Shown here piece after piece: positions 53,855-64,000 of a DNA stretch of 64,000 nucleotides (position 1 is the first letter of the stretch; each line of letters begins with the position of its first letter). The translations under genes and the position numbers were made by a program. Source of the stretch: an uncultured virus (IMG/VR IMGVR_UViG_3300034021_001069) (Duplodnaviria > Heunggongvirae > Uroviricota > Caudoviricetes); IMG/VR virus record IMGVR_UViG_3300034021_001069; one strand, written 5' to 3'. Under the pieces are notes generated by a model. That model worked only from the letters and a program-made list of their open reading frames with translations, was not told where the DNA came from and did not search any database.

Positions 53855-54895
53855 TCATTTCCAGCGAGATAATGCTGTGACGTATCTAGACATAGAATCT
53901 GATACTGGAGCATTTTGTGCTTGAGTCTCTTCTGAAATTACTTCTCCGCCAGCCTGAGGCTTGCTTGAGAAATATGATTCTTTGAGAGTCTTTACTTTTT
54001 CGCGGAATGATTCTTCGGTTTCAAACTCAACTGCTTCTGCTAATGATGAAAGCTTTTCCTTTTGGGAAAGGCTCAAACCTTCAGAAATTTCTGCCACAAT
54101 CCCATTCTTGATAAATCCTCCAAGTGTCTTATGGAGTTCTACATTTTCTGCGATTTGCTCGTTGAGCTTATCTTCCATAACATCAAGTTGATCTACCATT
54201 TCATCTACAAGATCAACTTTCTCATCGGGAATACTAATGTAATTCTCGACGAAAACTTGCTTGAGACCTTCTAGAACAGATTCTGCCATTTCACTCTTAA
54301 CGCCATGCTCAATAGCAAGTGCGTTATTTTCGATCCACTGTGAAACAGCATATGAGAGATAGTCATCTACCTGCTCAGCTAGTTCTTGCTTTACGGTCTC
54401 AATTTCTTCTGCTAGAACTTCTGCATATTGCTCGTGAATATACTCAAGCTCTTCATTAAGACGAGAGATAACTGCAGCTTCAAAGATAGTCTTTGCTTTC
54501 TCTTTGAACTCTTCAGTTAGATCTTCACCTTCTGTCAAAGCAGCAACATCTGCAGAAAGATCGATTTCGATCATTTCTACTTCATCTTCAATTTCCTCTT
54601 CTAGAGTTTCACCTTCAACTTCAGACTCCTCAAAGGTAGGCTTCTTCTGAATGGTTTCCTGCTTATCAGCAGATGCATCAGAAGGCTTATTCTTTGGAGA
54701 TTGAATCTGACCCTTAGATGGTGTTCTCAATTTATTTGATTCATCATCTGGCTTGCTGTTTTGTGGTGTAGGTCCGCCTAGATCCTCAACAGAACCTAAA
54801 CCTGAACCTTCATTCTCAAGCTTGCCTTGAGGATCTGCAGCCTTTGCGTTTGCAGTCACTTGGTTTTCCTCTAGATTTTCAAAGCCCTTTGACAT
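53855..54895 (-). CDS. prohead core scaffold gp22
   Basis: KAKTIFEAA, acidic coiled coil, synteny. Confidence 0.92.
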   Translation of the reverse strand: MSKGFENLEENQVTANAKAADPQGKLENEGSGLGSVEDLGGPTPQNSKPDDESNKLRTPSKGQIQSPKNKPSDASADKQETIQKKPTFEESEVEGETLEEEIEDEVEMIEIDLSADVAALTEGEDLTEEFKEKAKTIFEAAVISRLNEELEYIHEQYAEVLAEEIETVKQELAEQVDDYLSYAVSQWIENNALAIEHGVKSEMAESVLEGLKQVFVENYISIPDEKVDLVDEMVDQLDVMEDKLNEQIAENVELHKTLGGFIKNGIVAEISEGLSLSQKEKLSSLAEAVEFETEESFREKVKTLKESYFSSKPQAGGEVISEETQAQNAPVSDSMSRYVTALSRWK

Positions 54896-54949
54896 TTCTC
54901 TTGTCTCCTGTTGCTACTATTATAGGAACTTTATATAGTTATTTATGTT

Positions 54950-55594
54950 TTACAGATTTTGGATAAAATCTGCAAATGCTCGAATCTTTCGCTCAGTCAA
55001 TTCACTAACTGGTGAATTGTCAATTGACTTTTTATATGTTTCAATTCTTTTTTCTGTTAGTCTATTTCCCTGCCAAATCCATTCTTTACCTTCCATAATA
55101 CCTTGAACAAATGCATCAGGGGCAGAAGGATCTGCTACAATATCAGCAGCAGTTGCAAGCATAAAGTCATCACTAACAACTTTCATTCCGTTCTCTTCTT
55201 TAAGAGTTCCCAATCCTCTAGATGAAACTCCTAACTTAACTCCTTCATCCAGTAAATTCTTTGCAATATTCCCCATAGGAGTGTCGAGAATTCTTGCTTT
55301 ACCTTTAAAGTTGTTACCCTCTCTATTTAAGGAAGTAATTAAATGTGATACTCTATCTAAATTAATAGTTGGTCCGTCTGGATGACCTAGTTCACCCAAA
55401 GCTCTACCACTCTTAATAAAAGAGTCTTCATATTTTTTTACTTCTCTTTCAAGAATATCAACGGGATAATATCTACCGTTTCTATTCTTCAGATTACCTT
55501 GAAGAAAAATACCTTCAATTGTATATGATTTTTTACCATTCTTATTTTCTACAATAAGTTTGGCTTCTTCAACTTTCTCCGTAATCAGCTTCAT
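54950..55594 (-). CDS. prohead protease gp21
   Basis: NRNGRYY, GELGHP, GVSSRG, DPSAP. Confidence 0.96.
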   Translation of the reverse strand: MKLITEKVEEAKLIVENKNGKKSYTIEGIFLQGNLKNRNGRYYPVDILEREVKKYEDSFIKSGRALGELGHPDGPTINLDRVSHLITSLNREGNNFKGKARILDTPMGNIAKNLLDEGVKLGVSSRGLGTLKEENGMKVVSDDFMLATAADIVADPSAPDAFVQGIMEGKEWIWQGNRLTEKRIETYKKSIDNSPVSELTERKIRAFADFIQNL

Positions 55595-55796
55595 CGTCGG
55601 TTTCCTCTTCTTCGGTTTCTAGTTCATCGTCTCCCTCTTCTTCTTCAGTCTCAAACATATTCATACCAATTTGCTGTTTAAGATCATCAATTGCATCTAA
55701 TGCAAGAGTTTTCATACCAGCATCTACATAATCTGATAGGTCTTTTTGACCAGAAAAAAGAGCATTTACGATATCTTGTGCATATTCACTAGGCAT
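55569..55796 (-). CDS. small acidic prohead core protein (gp67-like position)
   Basis: Between portal and gp21, acidic tail. Confidence 0.6.
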   Translation of the reverse strand: MPSEYAQDIVNALFSGQKDLSDYVDAGMKTLALDAIDDLKQQIGMNMFETEEEEGDDELETEEEETDDEADYGES

Positions 55797-55819
55797 AATT
55801 GTTCTCCCACTATTACTAT

Positions 55820-57415
55820 TTAGAATTCTCCTTTTTTATAATCCTTAGGATCAATTTCAGTTGTTTCTGGTGTTTGTTGATCTTGTGGTGGTTGCTGTTC
55901 CGCAGCCATTTGTTGCTGCATCATCAACTCCTGTTCATCAACAATGATTCCTGTTTGTTTTTCTTTTTTAATTTGCTTATCAATATCTTTCATTTCATTA
56001 TCAGTTTGCTTAAGTATTTGACGACGAATATATTCAACAGAGAAATACTTTCCAACATAAGCATCCATTCCAGTAACTAAATTCATTCTCTCATTGAGAA
56101 TTTCTTTTTCTTTCAGTTCACTGAAATAATTATCTGCAATGAAGTCATATTGAATATGCTCTTTATAGTCATCCCATTCTTCTAAGCTAATTATTCCTTT
56201 TAGAACGAGTTGAGTTTTTAATAGATCACTAAACAAATCTGCAAATTTCTTACGAAGTCTAATAATAAATTTTTGAAACTTAACTTCGTCTCTAGTAATC
56301 TCTGCAGATCTTCCAATATTAAATGCACTATCAGATTCAATTCTAGACTCAGGAACGTTTAATGAACGATATAACTTCTTTTGGAAATATTTAATATCTT
56401 CAAGTTCACCAAGATTCTGACCACCAGGAAGAGTAGTAATTTCGGTTCCTCTACCACCTTCGCGGCGAGGGAGCCAAAAATCTTCAAGCATACTCATGAA
56501 TTTCTTGTCATCACGAATTTCACCAGTGTCTGCATTGTATACTAACTTGTTTCTATAGCGAGACATTACTTCCTTTAAGTATTGCTCGGCTTTTTGTTTT
56601 GGTAAATTACCAACGTCAATATAGAAAATGCGTCTCTCTGGCGCTCTAGAGAGTCTATAAATTACTAAGCTGTCTTCAACCATTCTTAATTGGTTGAGTG
56701 ACTTAATAGCTTTATGTAAATGTGATAGAACCATATTACGATTCATATCAACGATTCCAGAATGAGCATAACAAATTGCATCTGGTGCAACTCTTACACC
56801 TTGGCTTTCATATCCACTGGTATGCCCCTTTGCATTATAAAGATAATATTCTGCGGATTTTGGAACTAATACAGTATTAGAATTTGGAGGAGTTTTACTC
56901 TTATCCTTTTCAAACTCTACTACCTTTCTAATTTTTCTTGGATCAATATATCTTAATTCTACAATTCCGTCTTTAGGATTTTGTGGATTTATTACTTTAT
57001 GATAGAAAAGTCTTCCGTCGATATACCAGCGTCTAAAAATATCATACGCTTTTCTATCAAAGTCTAATAGTATTAAAATATTTTCAAATTCTTCTCTTAT
57101 TTTTTCTTTTAAATTATTGCTTATTGATAAATTAGTCAAATCAAGAGATACTGGAGTATCATCTAATTCTCCAGCAATTGCTTCATTAACTACATCATCG
57201 ATTGCTCTATCACATTCTGGGTGTATTGACATGTCACGGTATCTCATGATTAAGTCATTTTCATTTTTGACATAACCATCAATATCTACATACTGACCAA
57301 AATAACCCCCAGCAACTATAGGAGATGCTGCGTCATCCGATTCTTTGCGAACAAAAGAAGGGCCAGAGCCCTTCTTCTTCGCCCTCTCAAGTGAAAAACC
57401 AAACAATTGAGACAT
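55820..57415 (-). CDS. portal protein gp20
   Basis: YRLSRAPERRIFYIDVGN, EDFWLPRREGGRGTEI. Confidence 0.98.
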   Translation of the reverse strand: MSQLFGFSLERAKKKGSGPSFVRKESDDAASPIVAGGYFGQYVDIDGYVKNENDLIMRYRDMSIHPECDRAIDDVVNEAIAGELDDTPVSLDLTNLSISNNLKEKIREEFENILILLDFDRKAYDIFRRWYIDGRLFYHKVINPQNPKDGIVELRYIDPRKIRKVVEFEKDKSKTPPNSNTVLVPKSAEYYLYNAKGHTSGYESQGVRVAPDAICYAHSGIVDMNRNMVLSHLHKAIKSLNQLRMVEDSLVIYRLSRAPERRIFYIDVGNLPKQKAEQYLKEVMSRYRNKLVYNADTGEIRDDKKFMSMLEDFWLPRREGGRGTEITTLPGGQNLGELEDIKYFQKKLYRSLNVPESRIESDSAFNIGRSAEITRDEVKFQKFIIRLRKKFADLFSDLLKTQLVLKGIISLEEWDDYKEHIQYDFIADNYFSELKEKEILNERMNLVTGMDAYVGKYFSVEYIRRQILKQTDNEMKDIDKQIKKEKQTGIIVDEQELMMQQQMAAEQQPPQDQQTPETTEIDPKDYKKGEF

Positions 57416-57453
57416 TCAAATACACCAAAATAATTTACTAATGTATTTATATA

Positions 57454-58149
57454 TCAGCCAGCAGTAGCTCCAGAGCCATTGCCTCTGCCATCAGTTTGAC
57501 CGTTTGCTGTATTTGTGTCGTCTACAAAGTCAATATGCTGAACTTGGAATTCAACAGTATATTCTTCAACCGTATCATTGGTTTCCCAAGCAAGATCGAT
57601 TGCAGAAATTGCAGATGGCCAAATACCTTCAAACTTATATGATCTAACAACAGTTCCCTGTCTGCTCAATTGACGAACAATTGCATTTGATTGATAATCA
57701 GCAATCGTTGCAGCAGTCTGTAAGTTTACATCTAGTCTTTGGATATATGAAGACCAGATTTCAAAATACTTACGAATTGCAAATGCTTGATCGTTGAGAA
57801 CAGTAACTGTCCATGGCTCATATGATCTATCACCAGCAATCTTAAGCATTCTTCCTCTGAAAGGAACTTCAATAACACCAACAGTAGATGCTGGGATATT
57901 GGCTGCTTTAACTAATACTGTTGATAGTGCTAATGCGCTTGCATTAGAAGTTGTTGCTCCACCATTTGTTGAAGTATTCAATCCAGAAGCATCGTTTCCA
58001 GTGGCAATAGTTGAACTATTTCCTAGGATTGGAGGCGGGATAATTTCAACTTGGAAGAGATTAGGTCTTGCAAGTTCTCTAATTTGATCTCTGAAATTAG
58101 TAATTGATGTTGCAATTACTGCGTTTTCTTTTTGAACTGGATCTGCCAT
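57454..58149 (-). CDS. tail tube protein gp19
   Basis: ARPNLF, FRGRMLKIAGDR, WTVTV. Confidence 0.93.
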   Translation of the reverse strand: MADPVQKENAVIATSITNFRDQIRELARPNLFQVEIIPPPILGNSSTIATGNDASGLNTSTNGGATTSNASALALSTVLVKAANIPASTVGVIEVPFRGRMLKIAGDRSYEPWTVTVLNDQAFAIRKYFEIWSSYIQRLDVNLQTAATIADYQSNAIVRQLSRQGTVVRSYKFEGIWPSAISAIDLAWETNDTVEEYTVEFQVQHIDFVDDTNTANGQTDGRGNGSGATAG

Positions 58150-58182
58150 TTTTAGTTTCCTCTTGTAAACTTAATAAATTGA

Positions 58183-60951
58183 TCACGAAGTAACTTCAGC
58201 AAACGAAGCGCCAGTTCTTGTTGCAGTAAAGGTTAATGTAATGTAGTTAACTGACTTCGTTGGTTTTACAAAAATTTCAGCATAGAACTCTCCTCTATCA
58301 ATTGCCTCAGGAGGATTATTGCTTGCATCACAAACAACAAGGAAATCAACAATACCTCTTCTTGCCTGAACCGATCTTAGATAAGGCTCAACAAGATTCT
58401 TGAATGATGATCTTGTGAATTCATCATTTAGTTCGAATAGCTGACTTCTAGCAGAACCAGAAATTGCTTCTTCGATAACGAGGAATAGACGACGAATATT
58501 AATTCTATCAAATGCAGATTGATATGCTAATGCAGTCTTGTCACCGAACAGAATAATTCCTTGACCAGGGAAGCTTACGATTGGATTAACTCTTGCATTA
58601 TAGAGTTGATCTCTCTGATCTTTTAGAGGTGAATATGCAAGCTTAATTGCATTTTTTAGATTACCTCTATTAAATCCAGCTGGAGAATACCAAGGCTCCT
58701 GATTAAGAGTAGTTGACAAGGTTAAACCTGCAACGTCAGCATTACATGGGATGTAACGATACTTATCATTATACTTATCATAAACATACTTGTAGTTATT
58801 ATCAAATACTGCATATGATGTAGACGTTAGTTGATTAAAGAAAGTGATAGTTCTATCAACAATTTGTGCAGTGGTTGCAACACCGACAACATCAGATCTT
58901 TGTGGAGATACAAATGCGATACAATCTTTTCTATTTGCTGCAATGTCAATTACTTTTTGTGCCTTTGCAATGCTGTCATTGACAGTTGACATGCTAGGTC
59001 CACAAAGAATGTAATCTACATTCTCAGTCTCAGCATCAGAAATTAAATCATATGCCGAGAACACATCTGGTCTTGAAAGCTCATATCCATCAACACCACC
59101 CTGTAATGAATACTTGAGAGTTGCATTATTTGCAGTTCCAATTAAAGCAACTGCTTGAGCATTAGTTCCAGATGGATTGTCGATGTCTACAAGAGCTACA
59201 CCCTTGAAAATATCAAAGTTTCTATTGATTCCACTCAAACCAATAGATCCATTAATTGAAGGATTTACATCATGTAGATTTGCTGTTTCATGTGATCCCC
59301 AATATAGATAGTTGGAAGAATTTTTTAGAACTTCCTTATAGTAGATTGACTCACCTTGATTGCCTTTCGCATCAGATGCCTTAGATACGAATAGATGCTT
59401 TTCAAGTAATGAACCAGGAGTTCCAGTTAGAAGACCATCACCATCAATAACTAGAATGTGGAACTGGTCTCTGCTACCACCACGATCTGCTACCCACTGT
59501 GAAGTTGCAGGCTTTGGTGCAACATTAATCCACTTCTGGTTTTTACCGTAAGTTCTCTCCTCATATTCATCTCTAACTGCGCTAATTAAAATATTAGCTG
59601 CATTAGAATCAACGATAGTTTGGTTTGCCTGGAAAGCAGGTGAACCTTGGTTTAGATAAACATATAGTTTTCTTTCAATCGATTCAATAGAAGCTGAGTC
59701 GCCAGTAGCAGATCCAGCAACACCATTATTATTGGAAAGTTCAGTAATTGCCTGATTAGCTGATAAAACTGCAGATGATGTTGAGCTAATAGAAATTTCT
59801 AATTTTCTGGATACTCTATCCCAAGCAACAATTCTACCAGTAGTATTACCAGAGTTTGCAGTAAAGAAATTTCCAGCAGCAAAATCACCAACTAAAGTGC
59901 TATCAGCTTTTAGTGTTAACACAACACTGTAATTGTATACCTTACCAAAGATATTTGCTGATGCATATGAAACTTCAGAATTATTTGTGAACTCCCACTC
60001 TGAAGTTGTTGGCTGATTCAATGCGAGAATTTGATCTGCGCCAGCATCAGTCATGACAACTCTTAGAGAATTGCCATATTTTCCAGGGTTTCTAGCAGCC
60101 CACTTCCAGTTATTAGCTGCATCTTCAATTGTTGATTCGTAAGTTTCGATATTCTTGATTAAAGGAGCAGCAACACCAGTAGTTGTGCTTTCATTAATTG
60201 TTGTCTTTGCTGTAGTTACAGTTAATAGATCTACAGTAGATCCATTTGTATGAGCTGCAGCAGTTGTATTCAACTGTGCTCTTACTACAGTAAGATCATT
60301 TCCAACAATCGCAGAAACACGAAGAATTTCATCATCAATACGAATATAGTCGTTGGTATTTACAGCAAGTGTTGCTGCAGAAGTAACAGTAAGAGTTAGA
60401 TCTGAACTGCTGAATGTCGCACCCTCATTAACTGTTGTTGAAGTTCCAGTCTCTTCAATTAAAGTGATGCTTGCACCAGCAGCGTGAGATGCTGCAGATG
60501 ATGCTAACTGACCTCTCGCAACGCTAATGTTGTTTCCAGAAACAGAAGATACAGTTAAAATTTCAGCATCGATTAACAGTAGATCCCCAACAGTAATATC
60601 TGTAGGAGATGCAACGGTTAAGGTTGTATCTGAAGCACTAAAAGTTGATAGAACAAACTGTGCAGTATCAATAGCATTTTTCAATGCACTGTTATTTGCA
60701 CGGATAACTTTTAATGATCCTCCGTAAAGGAGAAACTGAGCTGCAGAAAACCAATACTCGTAGTTAAAGTCATTTGGTCTACCAAAGACTGAGAGTAATT
60801 CCTTTTCTGATGTAATGTTAACGATCTTCTCGATTGGTCCTTTCTCGAAAGATCCAACAATTGCAGCAATGTTATCTACGGTTGCATTTGCTACAGAAGT
60901 TAAATCTCTTTCAAGAACGACAACCCCAGGGGATAGTTGCGTTGATGCCAT
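58183..60951 (-). CDS. tail sheath protein gp18 (922 aa, with inserted repeats)
   Basis: SPGVVV, WYSPAG, FDRINIRRLF, FELND. Confidence 0.96.
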   Translation of the reverse strand: MASTQLSPGVVVLERDLTSVANATVDNIAAIVGSFEKGPIEKIVNITSEKELLSVFGRPNDFNYEYWFSAAQFLLYGGSLKVIRANNSALKNAIDTAQFVLSTFSASDTTLTVASPTDITVGDLLLIDAEILTVSSVSGNNISVARGQLASSAASHAAGASITLIEETGTSTTVNEGATFSSSDLTLTVTSAATLAVNTNDYIRIDDEILRVSAIVGNDLTVVRAQLNTTAAAHTNGSTVDLLTVTTAKTTINESTTTGVAAPLIKNIETYESTIEDAANNWKWAARNPGKYGNSLRVVMTDAGADQILALNQPTTSEWEFTNNSEVSYASANIFGKVYNYSVVLTLKADSTLVGDFAAGNFFTANSGNTTGRIVAWDRVSRKLEISISSTSSAVLSANQAITELSNNNGVAGSATGDSASIESIERKLYVYLNQGSPAFQANQTIVDSNAANILISAVRDEYEERTYGKNQKWINVAPKPATSQWVADRGGSRDQFHILVIDGDGLLTGTPGSLLEKHLFVSKASDAKGNQGESIYYKEVLKNSSNYLYWGSHETANLHDVNPSINGSIGLSGINRNFDIFKGVALVDIDNPSGTNAQAVALIGTANNATLKYSLQGGVDGYELSRPDVFSAYDLISDAETENVDYILCGPSMSTVNDSIAKAQKVIDIAANRKDCIAFVSPQRSDVVGVATTAQIVDRTITFFNQLTSTSYAVFDNNYKYVYDKYNDKYRYIPCNADVAGLTLSTTLNQEPWYSPAGFNRGNLKNAIKLAYSPLKDQRDQLYNARVNPIVSFPGQGIILFGDKTALAYQSAFDRINIRRLFLVIEEAISGSARSQLFELNDEFTRSSFKNLVEPYLRSVQARRGIVDFLVVCDASNNPPEAIDRGEFYAEIFVKPTKSVNYITLTFTATRTGASFAEVTS

Positions 60952-61018
60952 CTGCTAATCTCCTAAAATACTTCTCTAGGTGAGTTCTACAAATATTTAG
61001 TATTTGAAATATTTCTGG

Positions 61019-62671
61019 TTAGCTGTTATAATCCCACATGTATGACATGTCTCCATACTCATCCAAGTGCCATCGATCACCGTCATTATCAACAAAACTC
61101 GTATCATCTAATCCATCATCAACAAAACCAAAAGGTGCCATATCAGCTTCTATGGCTTCTCTTTGATCATCATATATTCTTTGTCTAACGTCATTATCGT
61201 GAAGCTCTTTAAAATATGGCTGAAGAGCTAACCAGGAAAATATAACTAAACACATAGCTAAGTCATCATTACATCCTTCTTCAGCTTCCCATGCCTGACC
61301 TCTTTGAATAAAGGTAGTCAATTCGGAAATTATTTCATAATCACTTAAGAGTAGTTTATCTTCTTCAATTAAAGCTTTTAAATTAGAGCAACCAGTCTTT
61401 TTAACTGTAGATGACATTTTTACCCCAAGCTGACATTTCTTTCCAGAAAAACCTTGACCGACAATTTGACCAGCTCTACCTCTCATAGAACACATCAGTA
61501 TGTTGTCATATTCCAAATCATACTGTAGAATATCAGCAATCTGACCACCAATATCATTTACCTCAATTAAGATATATGCATGGTTATATGCTTTAGCTAC
61601 ATCAAAAATTACATTAGGGAATAAAATAGGTTTAATATCACTGTTCCTATACTTTGCCACTAATTTATATGGTATTGTCGTAGTGTCAATAACAGTAAAT
61701 GCACTAAAGTCTTTACTTATGCCCCTAGCAACGTCTACTGTAATTACATACGTTTTATCTTTTATTGGGTCTTCATATACATCCAAACCTCCAGATCTTT
61801 TAATAGGATCATCGTAGGTCATCATACGAAGCTTAGATGGGCTAATCAATGTATCAACCGAACCTAAGAATTCACATTCAAATTCTACCCTGAATTGTTC
61901 TTCTGAGGTATTCTTAATTGTTTGTTCTTTCCATCTCTCATCTCTACCTGGAACTTCAGACCAATGAACCTCAGTTCTGATGTATTCATTTCTACCAAGC
62001 TCGGCATCATGCCAAAGCTTATAGAACATGTTCATACCATGTGGGGTAGAAATAATAATAACTTTTGTGGATTTACCAGATGAAATCGTCGGATATACTG
62101 ACGAGAAAAACTGATCAGAAATGTTATTTGGAACGAATGCAAATTCGTCTAAGAATATTATATTGAATGACATCCCTCGAACTGCAGATGCAGAAGTAGA
62201 TGCAGCAAGAATCTTAGAACCATTTTCCAATTCTAAAGATCCTTTATTCCAAGATAAAATACCCTGTTGCATCCACTTAGGTAGATTTTCATATGAAAGC
62301 TGCAATCTACTAAGCATCTCCCTAGCAGTTGCAGCTTTGTTAGCAAGAATAGCAACGTTAACATTGCTATTAAAAATAATATACCAAAGAAGATATGATG
62401 TGACTACGGTTGATTTACCAGACTGTCTTGGTAGTTTTGCTATATTAAAACGATGATTATGGAATCTTTCTACCATACCCACCTGAAAATCGTACATCTC
62501 AAAGGGTATTAAACCCTCATCAAGAGATACAATCTTAATATATTTTTTGATAAAGTAAACTGGATCGGCAGCGCACTTGATGAATTCTTCTACTTGATCA
62601 GATGTGAATTCTTGGGCTACGTTTGCCTTTTTTAAATTTGGATTACCAAGATAAACTTCTTCTAATGGCAT
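61019..62671 (-). CDS. terminase large subunit gp17
   Basis: PRQSGKS, LDEFAF, STPHG, DVARG, DDLAM. Confidence 0.97.
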   Translation of the reverse strand: MPLEEVYLGNPNLKKANVAQEFTSDQVEEFIKCAADPVYFIKKYIKIVSLDEGLIPFEMYDFQVGMVERFHNHRFNIAKLPRQSGKSTVVTSYLLWYIIFNSNVNVAILANKAATAREMLSRLQLSYENLPKWMQQGILSWNKGSLELENGSKILAASTSASAVRGMSFNIIFLDEFAFVPNNISDQFFSSVYPTISSGKSTKVIIISTPHGMNMFYKLWHDAELGRNEYIRTEVHWSEVPGRDERWKEQTIKNTSEEQFRVEFECEFLGSVDTLISPSKLRMMTYDDPIKRSGGLDVYEDPIKDKTYVITVDVARGISKDFSAFTVIDTTTIPYKLVAKYRNSDIKPILFPNVIFDVAKAYNHAYILIEVNDIGGQIADILQYDLEYDNILMCSMRGRAGQIVGQGFSGKKCQLGVKMSSTVKKTGCSNLKALIEEDKLLLSDYEIISELTTFIQRGQAWEAEEGCNDDLAMCLVIFSWLALQPYFKELHDNDVRQRIYDDQREAIEADMAPFGFVDDGLDDTSFVDNDGDRWHLDEYGDMSYMWDYNS

Positions 62672-62673
62672 AA

Positions 62674-62907
62674 TTATTCATTTACTCTACTTATGTCTTT
62701 ATCTAAAGATTCCATACTTGCTAATCTTTTTTCCCAACCATCCCCTTTAGTAGTTCCCTTGCATGGATTAATGCAAGTATTATCTCCAAATCTATCGCAA
62801 ACTAGACTAGCTAATTCACTTTCATTTCCTAGTTTATTGGTTCCAGACCAATAATGTTGCCCTCCAATCCAGCAAGCACCACATTTAGGGCATGTTTTAG
62901 TATCCAT
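62674..62907 (-). CDS. small Cys-rich protein
   Basis: CPKC...C...CINPC. Confidence 0.7.
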   Translation of the reverse strand: MDTKTCPKCGACWIGGQHYWSGTNKLGNESELASLVCDRFGDNTCINPCKGTTKGDGWEKRLASMESLDKDISRVNE

Positions 62908-62968
62908 TCGTCTTACCACGAGACCAATGGTATTATATAGGAAAACTAATCAAATAACAGTTACAATA

Positions 62969-63244
62969 TTAACAATTCCAAGCTCTTAATGATTTATTAA
63001 TTCTAGAATCTGGATTTGATGCAGTTTTTTTACTGGTTAACTTCCTCTTCATTCCCTTCATTCTGGCACAAAATGACGCCCTGCGGGGATTTCCAACTTT
63101 CTTTGAAGGTGCCTTAAGATCACTTCCAGGATTTTCTGCTTCGTAAGATTTGCGACCCTTTTCGTTAAGACCTCCACTTTTATTTTGACCCTCTTTTCGA
63201 GTCCATGCTGTTCCTTCTGAAATAAAGTCTTTGAATGTTTTCAT
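62969..63244 (-). CDS. small basic probable head-internal protein
   Basis: Start MKTFKDFISE (capsid-targeting-like), RRASFCARM...WNC. Confidence 0.75.
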   Translation of the reverse strand: MKTFKDFISEGTAWTRKEGQNKSGGLNEKGRKSYEAENPGSDLKAPSKKVGNPRRASFCARMKGMKRKLTSKKTASNPDSRINKSLRAWNC

Positions 63245-64000
63245 CGTTGTTCTATCCAGGTCATTGAGGCAATTGCACTTTTGTTTGCTGTTCCACAAGC
63301 AACAGCAAGAGTAAGAGTATCTGAAACAGTTCCCATGGAACTTCTTCCAATTTGATTTGCTGTTTTTGAATTAATTTGGATTGTAGAACTTACACCAGAA
63401 ACAACAAAACCAGCATCCAAATCTGTTCCTCCACTCAAAGTAGTGGCACTTACATCATATTGAGTGAATGAATTTGGATCTGCCATATCAACCCATGAAG
63501 CACCAGTTAGAGTTGTATTTAGGATTAGTTTGTAGAAGATGTTGGCATTATCAGTTGTTGCTGCCTGAAATGCCATAGGAAGAGCAATACCTTGAAGTGC
63601 AGTGCTCTTTAAACGAATGCTAACTATTGGATAAAAAGTATTAGCAAGCGCCATCGTTCTACCTGCTAGTGGAGTGATGACATTTTGAGATGTTCCCAAT
63701 TTCTCTGGCACACCCTCACTAATGATTGAGTTAGAACCTTGATACATGTAATGTGTTCCAGCAGCACCAGTTACATTTGTCAGTTCTAAACGAATAGGTA
63801 AAAATGGAGTTGATGACCAAACCGTATCCAAAACATTTGCAGTATTGAATGTATGGATATGATGAGTCTCTCCATCAATAATATACGAAAATTTTACTTG
63901 ACCAGCACCATACCATTCATATTCAATATTAATCATATGTTGTGCTGTAGGGCTAGCAATGTATCCACTTTTACCAGTTCCATCCAACTTATCACCATTC
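63241..64000 (-). CDS. hypothetical virion-type protein (5' end outside window)
   Basis: Open to window edge, YEWYGAG, LPIRLE. Confidence 0.7.
   Translation of the reverse strand, partial: NGDKLDGTGKSGYIASPTAQHMINIEYEWYGAGQVKFSYIIDGETHHIHTFNTANVLDTVWSSTPFLPIRLELTNVTGAAGTHYMYQGSNSIISEGVPEKLGTSQNVITPLAGRTMALANTFYPIVSIRLKSTALQGIALPMAFQAATTDNANIFYKLILNTTLTGASWVDMADPNSFTQYDVSATTLSGGTDLDAGFVVSGVSSTIQINSKTANQIGRSSMGTVSDTLTLAVACGTANKSAIASMTWIEQR

Overview
This is a 64 kb segment of a T4-like cyanomyovirus. The host is probably a freshwater picocyanobacterium, which is an inference. Nearly all genes are on the minus strand. In transcription order (right to left) it holds the head/tail morphogenesis module (gp17-gp23, gp3), the recombination/replication module (uvsY/W, gp55, gp47/46, CobS/CobT-like pair, gp45/44/62, regA, hsp20, gp43, uvsX, gp41, mazG) and a block of probable virion-internal proteins. 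Next come primase and nrdAB, a riboswitch-controlled DUF4278 peptide, a 21-tRNA region interrupted by an SLH/beta-barrel gene, hli, lysis genes, psbA (no psbD), speD, a lone tRNA-Pro, nrdC, RNase H and thyX. The best candidate for an undescribed system is an unannotated 33-codon leader ORF with terminator/antiterminator hairpins directly upstream of a 17-tRNA operon. Its codons mirror the anticodons of that operon, suggesting an attenuator that senses tRNA shortage, and it is followed by an rRNA-type boxB/boxA. Two other strong signals are a dnaX-type -1 frameshift fusing a C39 peptidase to a lysozyme, and an NtcA box plus tandem glutamine riboswitch upstream of the DUF4278 peptide. All calls were made by eye and no searches were run.
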